DNA of 64,000 bases from a virus. Every line of letters starts with the position of its first letter. Positions within the stretch are counted from its first letter, which is position 1. The DNA lies in IMG/VR virus record IMGVR_UViG_3300036939_000049, positions 37,253-101,252 of that record; one strand, 5' to 3'. Below are positions 38,658-48,256 of the stretch, in pieces. Under the pieces are notes generated by a model. It searched no databases and was not told the origin of the DNA. It saw only the letters and a program-made list of their open reading frames with translations. The position numbers were made by a program, and so were the translations under genes.

Positions 38658-38984
38658 TTGATGCTGAATTTTAAAAAGATTGTACGCGATCACGAAACTA
38701 TACAGCAAAGCGCCGATACAAGACTCAAACTATATCTTCGACTCATTGATGAAAGGGATAAGCGCGATCGCATGACTGATTTCAAAAAGCTCAGAGCCTA
38801 CCTTAATCGTATTGCCGAAGTTGCTGAAGAAGATAGTAACTCGGTTATTAGCCTAGGAATTATCCCTGCGGTGCGAGAAGCAATTCAAGAGTTAGATAGA
38901 CTTGAGCAGGAGCGCGATCGCGAAGCGAGAAGATCGAAACGCAGATCGCGCCATGTACACGATTCGTGTACAAACCCAGACTAA
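38658..38984 (+). CDS. Hypothetical protein
   Basis: 108-aa helical ORF. Confidence 0.55.
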   Translation: MMLNFKKIVRDHETIQQSADTRLKLYLRLIDERDKRDRMTDFKKLRAYLNRIAEVAEEDSNSVISLGIIPAVREAIQELDRLEQERDREARRSKRRSRHVHDSCTNPD

Positions 38985-39277
38985 AACAAAAGCCACCTAC
39001 TTCGAGGGTGGCTTTCTGGGGTAGTTGACCAATTCTGAAATTTGTTCGCGGTTCATCTGTAAACTTTTTGTGTACAAAGCTTGAGCCAAGCCAAGTCGAG
39101 CTGCTTGTTGCTGTAGATTATGCGTGATCGCTCCAGCCGATAGCAAAGAACCAAAACCCAAAAGCATGACAGTAGCCGTCATACCATATTTTGATGTACC
39201 CTAAGTAGCGAGAATCTGAATCCAACCATATCAACCCATCAAGCTTGTATTTTGTCAGTTTTTTGAACATAGTTTTA

Positions 39278-39427
39278 TCAGACCAAGTCTGAAACGATCG
39301 CGCTCATCTTTCCTTGAGCATTTTTCTGGTTATCGTCATAGAGAAGCGACGTATCTGCTTTACTGTGTCGAGAAAGTTTCTGCACCCGTCGCACATCCCC
39401 ATTAGTTGCATCTAGTGCCGCTTTCAG
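39278..39427 (-). pseudogene. C-terminal remnant of a second tyrosine recombinase
   Basis: Translates as AALDATNGDVRRVQKLSRHSKADTSLLYDDNQ (box II H and Y); no N-terminus found. Confidence 0.7.
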
Positions 39428-39428
39428 A

Positions 39429-40007
39429 TTAACTCTTTTTCCTGAAACTTAATGTTGCTACAGCATTTTCTTTCTCTTTGTCAGCAACTTCTAAATACCT
39501 TTGAAGAACAGCTAAACTTCTATGCCCACTGATCGAACGAATAACGTTCAGTGGTATTCCTTGATGATGCATCATTGTTAATGCCGTTCTCCTAAAGCTG
39601 TGAGTGCTGGCCCCTTCAATTCCCCAGCACTGAAATATCTCCCTAAGTATTTTGTCCGCTGAATCAGAACGGATATGTCCTAACCCATGCCGTCCTGGAA
39701 ATAAATACTCTTTGTCTGTGTTGTATTCTAGTAGTAGTTCATGTAGTTCTTTACAAACTGGAACAACTCGTGTACTTAATTTTCCTTTAGTAGTACCGCG
39801 TCGAAAAGTAATGTGGGTCTTTGGCTTTCCACTGTGTCCATAAACATCAGCCTTGTGTAACGCACATGCCTCTGCTATACGACAGCCTGTGTAGAGACAA
39901 ATTCCGAACAAAGCCCGATCTCTTTCATTTAAAAACCCCCGCTCAAATAACAGAGTGATTTCTTCCGAGCTAAGTATCCGTGCTTGACCATTCCGCGCTA
40001 CTTTCAT
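39429..40007 (-). CDS. Tyrosine recombinase/integrase, catalytic domain only
   Basis: YTGCRIAE, K, HSFRRT, SGH, RY. Start placed at MKVARN. Confidence 0.92.
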   Translation of the reverse strand: MKVARNGQARILSSEEITLLFERGFLNERDRALFGICLYTGCRIAEACALHKADVYGHSGKPKTHITFRRGTTKGKLSTRVVPVCKELHELLLEYNTDKEYLFPGRHGLGHIRSDSADKILREIFQCWGIEGASTHSFRRTALTMMHHQGIPLNVIRSISGHRSLAVLQRYLEVADKEKENAVATLSFRKKS

Positions 40008-40058
40008 GCCTCTTATCCTACACCATAAAATCTCCATTTTATGGTGTAGGGGGTTGAA

Positions 40059-40895
40059 ATGGCGACTTTGCGTAGTATGATAAGTGGGTGCAACAAGCAT
40101 TTAAGCGATCGCACTCCTGACCGTGGAAAGTACGGAGGCGATCGCTTGTCCAAACCCCAACGAAGGATTATAGACATGAGAGATCGTACTACTGAGAACG
40201 ACAAGCTTAAGCATGGTTCGACAAAAGTTTACGTTGGTGCGGTATTTGGAAAATTGACCGTAATTAAATATGCGTTCAATACAGACAAGCAAAAATACTG
40301 GGAGTGCCTGTGTGAATGCGGGACGGTTAAAAATTTCCGGCAATCTCAATTAATTGCAAAAATGGCGCAAAGTTGTGGCTGTAGTCATTACAGGCGAGGA
40401 GGCAAGGCGGCTCGAAATACGGAGTACAGCAGGACGTATAGTTCTTGGGATGCAATGCATAAGCGTTGTGACGATCCAAAGCATATAGCATTCCATCGCT
40501 ATGGTGGCGCTGGTATTACAATCTGTGCGCGATGGCATCGCAGCAACCCAACTGGATTTGACAACTTTTTGGAGGATATGGGATTACGTCCTGAAAACAC
40601 CTCTTTAGATCGGATAGATGGGACACTGGGTTATTCTTCGGATAATTGCCGATGGACAACGCGAAGCCAACAACAGAGAAATACATCAACGAACAGATTC
40701 GTTACTTGGCAAGGAGAGACCAAAACGTTAGTAGAGTGGAGTGAAGATTCTCGACTCAAGGAAAAAAATATTACGTATCAGACGCTTAACCAAAGATTAC
40801 TACTGGGAACATGGACGATAGAAGAAATGATGACAACACCAAACCTTGGGCGACGTCGCCGCCCAAGCCTGAAAACTCAAAACTGCTGTAATTAG
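40059..40895 (+). CDS. HNH-type homing endonuclease-like protein
   Basis: FGKLTVI..WECLCECG..SCGC..YGGAGI..SLDRID..NCRW. True start probably near 40176. Confidence 0.8.
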   Translation: MATLRSMISGCNKHLSDRTPDRGKYGGDRLSKPQRRIIDMRDRTTENDKLKHGSTKVYVGAVFGKLTVIKYAFNTDKQKYWECLCECGTVKNFRQSQLIAKMAQSCGCSHYRRGGKAARNTEYSRTYSSWDAMHKRCDDPKHIAFHRYGGAGITICARWHRSNPTGFDNFLEDMGLRPENTSLDRIDGTLGYSSDNCRWTTRSQQQRNTSTNRFVTWQGETKTLVEWSEDSRLKEKNITYQTLNQRLLLGTWTIEEMMTTPNLGRRRRPSLKTQNCCN

Positions 40896-41081
40896 ATTTG
40901 TATTTAGCGCTTATTCAGTGATTCATGAATAAGCGCTTCAACTCTTGATAATGGCTCTTTTCGTGAGTTCAACTCATGTACACGAATCGTGTACAAAGAA
41001 AAGCAGAGCGTAATCACGCTCTGCTTTTTGCTACCCAAGTTTTTTTAGGCATGACTCGATGCTGACCAAGGGATAACATAG

Positions 41082-41537
41082 TTGCAGAGTGTCTACTGTC
41101 GTAAATGCTGGCACGATCGCATGAAATGGACTACTTTAATAAAGAAAATTAATCCTATAGAGGATTTACGGAAACATCTTCAAGGGAACATAACTACACC
41201 TAGTCGTGATTCTATTGAGTTACCCACATGGGTAAAAACATTATTAGAGGCGCGATCGCGTATGCCTGAATTAAAAAGAATCACCTTTGCAAATGGCGAT
41301 CACTTTCTTTCGTTGAGTGCGACTGGGTTTAAAGTGAGAGCAATAAAAGATTTGCCGAGCGCTGACTGGAAGACTTCCGCTATTCATGGTTCTCGCCATC
41401 TCCTCAAAAATGAGGAGATGGTAGTTGACGAGATTTTTATCAATATCTACGGGTTGTACTTACAAGGATCTAATCCACGAGGTCAGCTTGTTAGCCTACG
41501 ACCTGATGACTTACACCTTTTTTCTGAGACTCTTTAA
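41082..41537 (+). CDS. Hypothetical protein
   Basis: ORF flanked by 19-bp motif copies at 40977 and 41547. Confidence 0.55.
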   Translation: MQSVYCRKCWHDRMKWTTLIKKINPIEDLRKHLQGNITTPSRDSIELPTWVKTLLEARSRMPELKRITFANGDHFLSLSATGFKVRAIKDLPSADWKTSAIHGSRHLLKNEEMVVDEIFINIYGLYLQGSNPRGQLVSLRPDDLHLFSETL

Positions 41538-41773
41538 AAGTTAGCGTGCAAACGATTCGTGTACACCACTAGTGAGAAAAATAATTTGTCGATTGTGACC
41601 TTCAAAGCTTGCTTTACCCTTTGGTAAAGCAACTTCATATAAGGATGAAATGCGATCGCGAAGTGCCTCTGCAAAGCGCAGTTTGCGCTTCCAGATTCCA
41701 TGTACACGATTCGTGTACAACTAAAAACCCCTTCAAGACGACAGAGGTTTGATTGCGAGATTTGTGGGGCGCG

Positions 41774-42754
41774 TTACGCTTTAAGTTGCCTTTTGACTAC
41801 TTCAATGTCCGCAATGTTGTAGCTCATATAGCTCATGAATGTGACATCCTGTGCGCCACGCTGGTTAATATGCTCAAGCCAGTCCGTGTATTTGATATGC
41901 TTCTCTGTCTTGACCTTCTCTTCTTCTGGCAGCAATGCCCATTGACACTCAGCGTATATAGCCCGCAGTCCCTTGTAATTAATTCCGGGGTACTTACACA
42001 TTACCCTGCTCAATCCCATTGCATATGCCTTGTTTACCGCATTCCTGTCAGCTTGCTGTAGTTCCGGTTTTAGCCTCCTTCCTTGCTCATTCAAATAATC
42101 AATAGCCGCCTTAAGAATGGCAGCTCGAAACAAAGTAGGGATTGTGTAGTCAGTTGTGTCCTCCATGATTCTAGTTTTGGCTCGTCCAGAAAAATACAGT
42201 TGATAGTCACCAGCTACCTTGAATTTTCCGAGAGAATGCACCTCAGCCATTCTTCGACCTGTTCCAAGGGCAGCAGCGACCGATACTTTAGTCCAGTGGG
42301 GATTTAGTCCACTTGTTAATTGATCTAATGTCTTGTGGCAGTCAGCAATCAACTGACCAATTTCAACGGATGTCTTTTCCCGATTCCTGCTTTTTACCTG
42401 CTGCTTGTAAGTCTTAGTCAGTTCTACAGAGTCCTCTCGCTGGAAACTCAAGAGTTGGTTGTAGAAGTACTCAGTCAGAATTTCCATTGTTTCCTTGAGC
42501 AACGGAATTTCCTCATCCCCCATTACGAGCAATGCTTTCTTGATGTCCACCCTGCGAGTCTTCACAGTTGAGAATGCGTATTCTTGCATCTCAGACCGCG
42601 CGATCGCAGCAACTACCCCATTAATCTCTTCTTTCATGGCTTGGAAATCGCTACCTTTAGTTGCAATTTCCTTCAATCGTTTGTATGTCTTAGTTGCAAC
42701 CTCGGCTACCGGAATCTGATAATTCTCATTTTCAATGAATTCCTTGAGTTCCAT
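41774..42754 (-). CDS. Protelomerase / telomere resolvase
   Basis: ALGTGRRMAEV, FSGRAKTR, YTIPTL, LRAIYA, WLEH, SYMSY give the R-K-R-H-Y pentad of the TelN/ResT family. Confidence 0.85.
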   Translation of the reverse strand: MELKEFIENENYQIPVAEVATKTYKRLKEIATKGSDFQAMKEEINGVVAAIARSEMQEYAFSTVKTRRVDIKKALLVMGDEEIPLLKETMEILTEYFYNQLLSFQREDSVELTKTYKQQVKSRNREKTSVEIGQLIADCHKTLDQLTSGLNPHWTKVSVAAALGTGRRMAEVHSLGKFKVAGDYQLYFSGRAKTRIMEDTTDYTIPTLFRAAILKAAIDYLNEQGRRLKPELQQADRNAVNKAYAMGLSRVMCKYPGINYKGLRAIYAECQWALLPEEEKVKTEKHIKYTDWLEHINQRGAQDVTFMSYMSYNIADIEVVKRQLKA

Positions 42755-42790
42755 TTGGGCTTGCTCTTTTTTTTTTGAATTCAGTGTTAT

Positions 42791-43030
42791 TCAAATTTTA
42801 CACTCACAATTATTGCAGCTACTCTCGTCTTTAACCTTACCCATGACTAACTTCCAGCACCCCATAGATCCGTTTAGCGCTTCTGGATACTGGCACCAAC
42901 TTGGCTGTTGATACCACCGCATGGCAGCTTTACCAGGAATTCTCCCGGCTAGCTCATAAGGCTGTTCGTGGAAATAAGGCTTGGTCATAGCGCGATCACA
43001 TGTACACGAATCGTGTACATGAAAAATCAA
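42791..43030 (-). CDS. Small Cys-rich hypothetical protein
   Basis: QPSWCQYP..GCWKL..C..C. Real start probably at MTKPY. Confidence 0.5.
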   Translation of the reverse strand: MIFHVHDSCTCDRAMTKPYFHEQPYELAGRIPGKAAMRWYQQPSWCQYPEALNGSMGCWKLVMGKVKDESSCNNCECKI

Positions 43031-44349
43031 GCTTCTAGGTGGGGAAGTATCACCTGAATCTCGGTTCCCAGGTTTTCTTGAGATTCTACAATAATTTGAC
43101 CGTCGAGCAGGTCTACAGTTTTTTTCACGATTGCAAGTCCTAGACCAGTACCGGCAACAGCCCCAACATTACTCCCTCTTTCAAACACACCATACAAATC
43201 CATCGAAGACGGGATTCCTATTCCAGAATCCCTGACGATGAAACAAATTGTATTCGATTCTGCAACGACAAGCACAAGCACGGTTCCAGTACTGTACTTG
43301 AGCGCATTGCCGATTAAATTGCTAAAGATTTTGTATAGTAGACCCTCATCGCAGTATATCTCTGCGACTTGGATATTCAATAAGACGCGAGAGCTTTCAG
43401 GGAAAGACTCAATCAGCGCTTCAAACCAAGGACGCAGTTGGATAGTTACAGGATTAAGTTGAACACGTTCTGAGTCCAGCCGAAACACCAACAGTACATC
43501 ATCGGTCATGCGTGTGAGTCGCTCTACTCCTTTTTTGATTTGATTGATATGTCGATGAAACTTGTCGCTAGCTGGTGGATCTTTTTCCAATAACAAGGCG
43601 GCGGTTAAGATAGCGGTCAGTGGCGTGCGATATTCATGAGAAATAGTCTGAATGATTGCCGACTTTGCCTCGCTCACTTCCTCTTGTTTTTTTAAGGCCT
43701 CTTCTTTCGCCAGTCGCAACCCCTCTTCTAATTCCAACGATCGCTCAGCCCTGTCAAAAGCGAATTTCATTGCTTTTGCATTCTGATAGGTAAGCCACAG
43801 CAGTAGTAGCAACGAGGATATCGCAATAATTGTCAGGACTAAATCCCTTCGCTCTCGACGCCGCCGTTCATTAATTAAGCGATCGCGTTCCCCCTCCAGC
43901 TCTGTTTTTAATTCACCCAGAATCCCCCGCAGTTTATCCATGTGCTGCTTGCCTTGCCTTAATAATGCTGGTGATGGATTCTGGATTATTTTATTGGACA
44001 GTATCAAAAACTGATTCACTTGATTATCAAGTTCTGGGAATTGACCCTGGGTGTCTAATTCTTCCAACAGTCCCGGAAGTTGCCGCTGACCTTCCCAGTA
44101 AGGATCGAGAAATCTGGAATCTTTAGTGCCTGCAAATCCCCGTGTTCCAGTTTCTAGGTTGAGTAGTTGCGTGAGTAATTCATCAACGCTATCGGCTTTT
44201 TGCCGCACAGATGTTAGTTGTTCACTGGCGACTTTCTCTTGGTTCAACCGATAGTAAAACAAAGTACTGGAAGGTAAAGATAAAGCCCCGACGACCGCAA
44301 GCGCAAATACTGTACGCCTGTATAACTGACTAAATACTACAAGCGGCAT
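43027..44349 (-). CDS. CHASE3-domain sensor histidine kinase
   Basis: TM, LLNLETGTRGF..FLDPY (CHASE3), TM, SHEYRTPL, NLIGNALKY, DSGIGI, GTGLGL. Start uncertain (ORF open to 44478). Confidence 0.92.
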   Translation of the reverse strand: MPLVVFSQLYRRTVFALAVVGALSLPSSTLFYYRLNQEKVASEQLTSVRQKADSVDELLTQLLNLETGTRGFAGTKDSRFLDPYWEGQRQLPGLLEELDTQGQFPELDNQVNQFLILSNKIIQNPSPALLRQGKQHMDKLRGILGELKTELEGERDRLINERRRRERRDLVLTIIAISSLLLLLWLTYQNAKAMKFAFDRAERSLELEEGLRLAKEEALKKQEEVSEAKSAIIQTISHEYRTPLTAILTAALLLEKDPPASDKFHRHINQIKKGVERLTRMTDDVLLVFRLDSERVQLNPVTIQLRPWFEALIESFPESSRVLLNIQVAEIYCDEGLLYKIFSNLIGNALKYSTGTVLVLVVAESNTICFIVRDSGIGIPSSMDLYGVFERGSNVGAVAGTGLGLAIVKKTVDLLDGQIIVESQENLGTEIQVILPHLEA

Positions 44350-44662
44350 ACGATGAAGGGTTGCTGCTCCGAATTCTTCTATGATAAACGACTCGCTTTT
44401 AAACGTGGTGTAGGCGGATAGTTTATTGAGCACTTTCGTGTACATGAAAGTGCAAGTGTGACGTGAACGTTTAAGCACTCCCGATTACTTTCAACGAAAT
44501 TGTGTAATAATTTTATAAATGCAAAGCCGCCAAGTTTTTGGAGAACTTGGCGGTTGTAAACCATGAAAAGAGTATATGTATAGTATACTCGAATTTTTTT
44601 AAGCTAGTAAACTACAAACGATTACGTACATGTGTTTCGTCTAACCCTATCCACGCGATCGC

Positions 44663-45235
44663 TTGTGGTTTAAACCAATACCATCAATACACAAAGGAAA
44701 CAAAATGAATTCGTTGCAAATACAACAAGAATTAAAGATTCGACAAAACCTCCGCGCTATGCCGTATCAGCGCTTCCTTATCACTTCTTTTTGGAGATCC
44801 GTCAGAGAGATTGCACTAGAAAGAGCTAAACACAGGTGTCAGTTATGCAATAGTGCATCTGAGTTGCAGGTGCATCACAGAACCTACAAAAACAGAGGAT
44901 GGGAAGATCAACACTTAGACGATTTAACAGTTTTATGCGCTAATTGCCATAAGAAACATCATGATATTGTAGCTAATCCCAAGTTAGCCGACAAAGAGGC
45001 TCAAGATCAAAAAGGATGGCGGGAGCCGCATTTTAGTAGCGGGGATGTTACCATGTGCCGTCCAATGACTTCAAATGAGTTAAGACTTTTTAGGGTATAT
45101 CGAGCACATCAAGGTTTAGGCGCTCCAGAACCTTATGAATTAACCCCAGCTTTTCACGCTTATTGGGATTCATTAGAACAACGACAAGCAAAACAGGGCA
45201 TCAAATCCTGGGAGGAGCTTGAATACGGACTGTGA
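44663..45235 (+). CDS. HNH endonuclease
   Basis: CQLC..LQVHH..Y..L.VLCANCH..HH; lies next to the terminase. Confidence 0.85.
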   Translation: MWFKPIPSIHKGNKMNSLQIQQELKIRQNLRAMPYQRFLITSFWRSVREIALERAKHRCQLCNSASELQVHHRTYKNRGWEDQHLDDLTVLCANCHKKHHDIVANPKLADKEAQDQKGWREPHFSSGDVTMCRPMTSNELRLFRVYRAHQGLGAPEPYELTPAFHAYWDSLEQRQAKQGIKSWEELEYGL

Positions 45236-45345
45236 AGCGAACTCTATTTCGCTGACGTTATTCACTGGATGCGCGATCGCGCTCCCAAATGTACACGAAT
45301 AGTTTACACATCAAAAACCCCCGTCTCATGACAGGGGTTTATTTT

Positions 45346-45415
45346 CCAAACCTAAGCCCACCTAACCATACCTGACCTCACCATCCTGACCGCACCACAC
45401 CCAACCACACCCTAA
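45346..45415 (+). repeat. Degenerate pentamer (CCNNA)n tract
   Basis: cctaa ccata cctga cctca ... ccgca ccaca cccaa ccaca. Confidence 0.65.
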
Positions 45416-45499
45416 AAATCAACAACCCGTTACATGTACTTGTTTTGATCGAGTTTTTTTGATGAACAATTTCCATGTACACGATTCGTGTACATCAAC

Positions 45500-47101
45500 T
45501 CAAAAATACCCTCGAATATCCCTAGCTGAACTTCGTCTATCCTCAGACGTTCGTTCTTGCCGACGTCGTGCAGCTCCAAAGAAATCTCTCACGTTCTCAT
45601 CTTTGGTATCTTGCTTTAAGACTTTGCCAGCTTTCTTACGCGCCGCATAATTTGCCAACACCAACGCGATCGCGGCATCACCGTGACGCTTCCCACCATC
45701 TTTACCTTTATATCGACTTCGCTCTGGAACTTTGGGTACACCATTATGTTCTTCAATAGCGGCATGATCGGTTTTTATGTCTTCGTCATATGGCATCCGC
45801 AGACGCTCATCTTCCAACGCTTTTTTGTAATCTGGCATGGCTTCCAAATACCAAGGCTGTGTCGGCATCACTTTCTCAATGCGACTCGCGCCATACTTCG
45901 TTTCAGCAAACTCTGCCAAAGCCGTCCCATTCCCCCTAGCGTCACTAGCCCCACCACAGAAATTAGGGAGGTGGTCGATTACGCCGTACAGTATTTGCTC
46001 TTGCCGTTTGATTGGTACATTCCGCAGTTCTATAAGCAAGGGACAGTAGAGTCTTACCTTCCCTTCAATAGTCACACCACTCCAATCATCTTCGAGTAGT
46101 AACGCGATCGCGCTGATATCTCCCGTGCGTCCAAAGTCCATACCGTAATAAGACTTCTGGTGACGAGGTAAGGCGTTAATTAATGGGTAAATTTTGTCTT
46201 TGAGCCATTCCTGAATTTCTGTTAACTGTACGGGTTGAGACTTGATATTAAATTCATCAGGTAATGCTAGTCGCACCACCGAGTAGCGCCTATCCATTCG
46301 TGCTTCTACCAGTAATGGTGGAATGTAAGCTCCGCCACCTGCTTTTGGATTACAGAACAACTCCTCATCAGCGTCATCCCCATACTGATCGATCATGTCC
46401 TGCCGCCATTTCTCTTGCCCTTTAACAGACCAGTCTTTCCCAGTCATTAAACAAATACGCCTATACAACCCAGCCGCGATCGCGTCATCAAACGTGACTT
46501 TATGCAATGAGTACGGACGCTTCCCAGCCTTAACTTCTTCAATGAGCTGGTTAAACGCATTAGTTACACCGTCATGTGTTGAAATAATGTGTACCGAGCC
46601 GCCCCACATTAAGAGCGCGATCGCGGCTTTAAGTAACTCTAGTGGGTTTGGGTGGAAGGCAAATTCATCTAAGATGACTCGTCCTTTTTTCCCTCGCAAG
46701 TTAGTAGGGCGTGAAGTTAACCCAGTTACTCGATACCCTGATGCCATCTTGATGCGGTAAGCCAGAATATCGCGTTCTGATTGAATTACCTCTTCTGGAA
46801 ATACTACACCTTCCGATACCAGCTCCTGCTTACTAACAGCTGTCACCTCAGTTGCCACTTCTTGATACTGCTTTACCCAGAAAGTGCAATCCTGCATAAA
46901 CTCCAACGCACCTTCTTCGTTCGCGCCAATGTACCAAGTGTCTTTTCCATTTCGTCCCGATGTTGCTGCCATCAACACTGAGTCTGCCGCCTCAGCCCAT
47001 GTAATCCCAATCTGGCGGCTTTTTTCAATAATCTTGACGTCGCTTTTGTCTAATATCCATTGTTGCTGGTATGAAAGCAATACCGCTTTAGTCTCTGTCA
47101 T
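45500..47101 (-). CDS. terL: Terminase large subunit (Mu gp28-like)
   Basis: KSRQIGITW Walker A, VILDEFAF Walker B, IISTH, GMDFGRTGD nuclease, HGDAAIA. Confidence 0.93.
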   Translation of the reverse strand: MTETKAVLLSYQQQWILDKSDVKIIEKSRQIGITWAEAADSVLMAATSGRNGKDTWYIGANEEGALEFMQDCTFWVKQYQEVATEVTAVSKQELVSEGVVFPEEVIQSERDILAYRIKMASGYRVTGLTSRPTNLRGKKGRVILDEFAFHPNPLELLKAAIALLMWGGSVHIISTHDGVTNAFNQLIEEVKAGKRPYSLHKVTFDDAIAAGLYRRICLMTGKDWSVKGQEKWRQDMIDQYGDDADEELFCNPKAGGGAYIPPLLVEARMDRRYSVVRLALPDEFNIKSQPVQLTEIQEWLKDKIYPLINALPRHQKSYYGMDFGRTGDISAIALLLEDDWSGVTIEGKVRLYCPLLIELRNVPIKRQEQILYGVIDHLPNFCGGASDARGNGTALAEFAETKYGASRIEKVMPTQPWYLEAMPDYKKALEDERLRMPYDEDIKTDHAAIEEHNGVPKVPERSRYKGKDGGKRHGDAAIALVLANYAARKKAGKVLKQDTKDENVRDFFGAARRRQERTSEDRRSSARDIRGYF

Positions 47102-47136
47102 ATATAATAGATACAGTGTATTGAGTTAGATAATGG

Positions 47137-47415
47137 ATGAACACGAAAGGGAAAGCAGCATTGAAGCGGCTGCGAGAATTTCTCAATGATAAGCCAGAGA
47201 CACAAGTAATAGGTGTGGGGACGGTAGCTAAGATTTTAGGAGTAACACGCGATCGCGCTCACAAATTCATCCGGTCTAATCCATCACGTCTTAAAGCTGA
47301 GTTAGGACTTGGCTTAAATCCCAGTTACGAAATTAAAGTGGAGGACTTGCGGGAGTTTATTGTGAACGACTACGCGATCGCGGTTCCGGGTAGACCAAAG
47401 CGAGAGGTGTCATGA
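47137..47415 (+). CDS. Excisionase-like HTH protein
   Basis: VAKILGVTRDRAHKFIR...GRPK. Confidence 0.65.
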   Translation: MNTKGKAALKRLREFLNDKPETQVIGVGTVAKILGVTRDRAHKFIRSNPSRLKAELGLGLNPSYEIKVEDLREFIVNDYAIAVPGRPKREVS

Positions 47416-47651
47416 GTATGAATTTAACTTCCGAGCAAGAAAACTTTTTTCGCTACAAGCAACAGATTCGCTCTGAAACTTTGGGTAAGGTTGAAAATGC
47501 GCTGAAGCGCGGGGATATTACCCAAGAGGAATTTCATCAATACAGAGAGCGTGAGTTACAGCATTATGTTGCTTCCGTGGGTCGTTACGCTCGACACCAC
47601 AATATTTCTCTACCGATTACTCCGCCCCAATTGCCGCTTGACTTAAGCTAA
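47412..47651 (+). CDS. Hypothetical protein
   Basis: ATGA coupling to the upstream gene. Confidence 0.6.
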   Translation: MSMNLTSEQENFFRYKQQIRSETLGKVENALKRGDITQEEFHQYRERELQHYVASVGRYARHHNISLPITPPQLPLDLS

Positions 47652-47663
47652 GAAGAAGTTCTC

Positions 47664-47936
47664 TTGATGGCTTCTATCAATCCCCAGCTCTATCCTTGGG
47701 TTGTGAAATGGGAACAGAAGGAGATTACTTGGGAGCAAGCCGCCTATGGTATTATCTGTTCACTGATGTTTGAAGTTAATGCTTGGCGTGATCGATACAA
47801 AGAACTCATCGAGAAGCATCCAATGGGGCTTTGGCTCCAGCCCAATGACTACACCGTCATTATCAAGAAGGATGAGTTCGATAAGTCGATGGGTGTCAAG
47901 TCCAATCAGTCTACAGCGGAGAGCGATCGCGAATGA
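47664..47936 (+). CDS. Hypothetical protein
   Basis: Packed in the same operon. Confidence 0.6.
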   Translation: MMASINPQLYPWVVKWEQKEITWEQAAYGIICSLMFEVNAWRDRYKELIEKHPMGLWLQPNDYTVIIKKDEFDKSMGVKSNQSTAESDRE

Positions 47937-48247
47937 CTATTAGATTTTTCGTTACACCAGCCAAGCTTTTGGATTTAACTGACCAAGGATCTGCTTATTC
48001 CCCAGTTGTTGATGCGGTTGTTTGTAAAGCATTTTATTTAGCTGTACAGGCTGTTGCTTCAAAGTTTGACCTTGACTACATGACGGCAAGAGCAAAGCTT
48101 GTTGAGCTGTACAAATACCAGCAAGTATTTAGTTTTTATGGTATTTGCTCTCATGCGCTGGAAGGTTCTGGGTACGTTTCAGAGGAGTTAACTAAATTCG
48201 CTTTACGCCAACGCGATTACACCCTCAACTCAAATGTACATGAATAG
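47933..48247 (+). CDS. Hypothetical protein
   Basis: ATGA coupling; ends on a 19-bp motif copy. Confidence 0.6.
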   Translation: MTIRFFVTPAKLLDLTDQGSAYSPVVDAVVCKAFYLAVQAVASKFDLDYMTARAKLVELYKYQQVFSFYGICSHALEGSGYVSEELTKFALRQRDYTLNSNVHE

Positions 48248-48256
48248 TTTACATTG

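Noticed and set aside
41609-41632. ttgctttacc-cttt-ggtaaagcaa as the telomere resolution site
   Set aside because: Arms are only 10 bp with a non-palindromic centre. Protelomerase targets are longer palindromes, and no convincing site was seen in the window.
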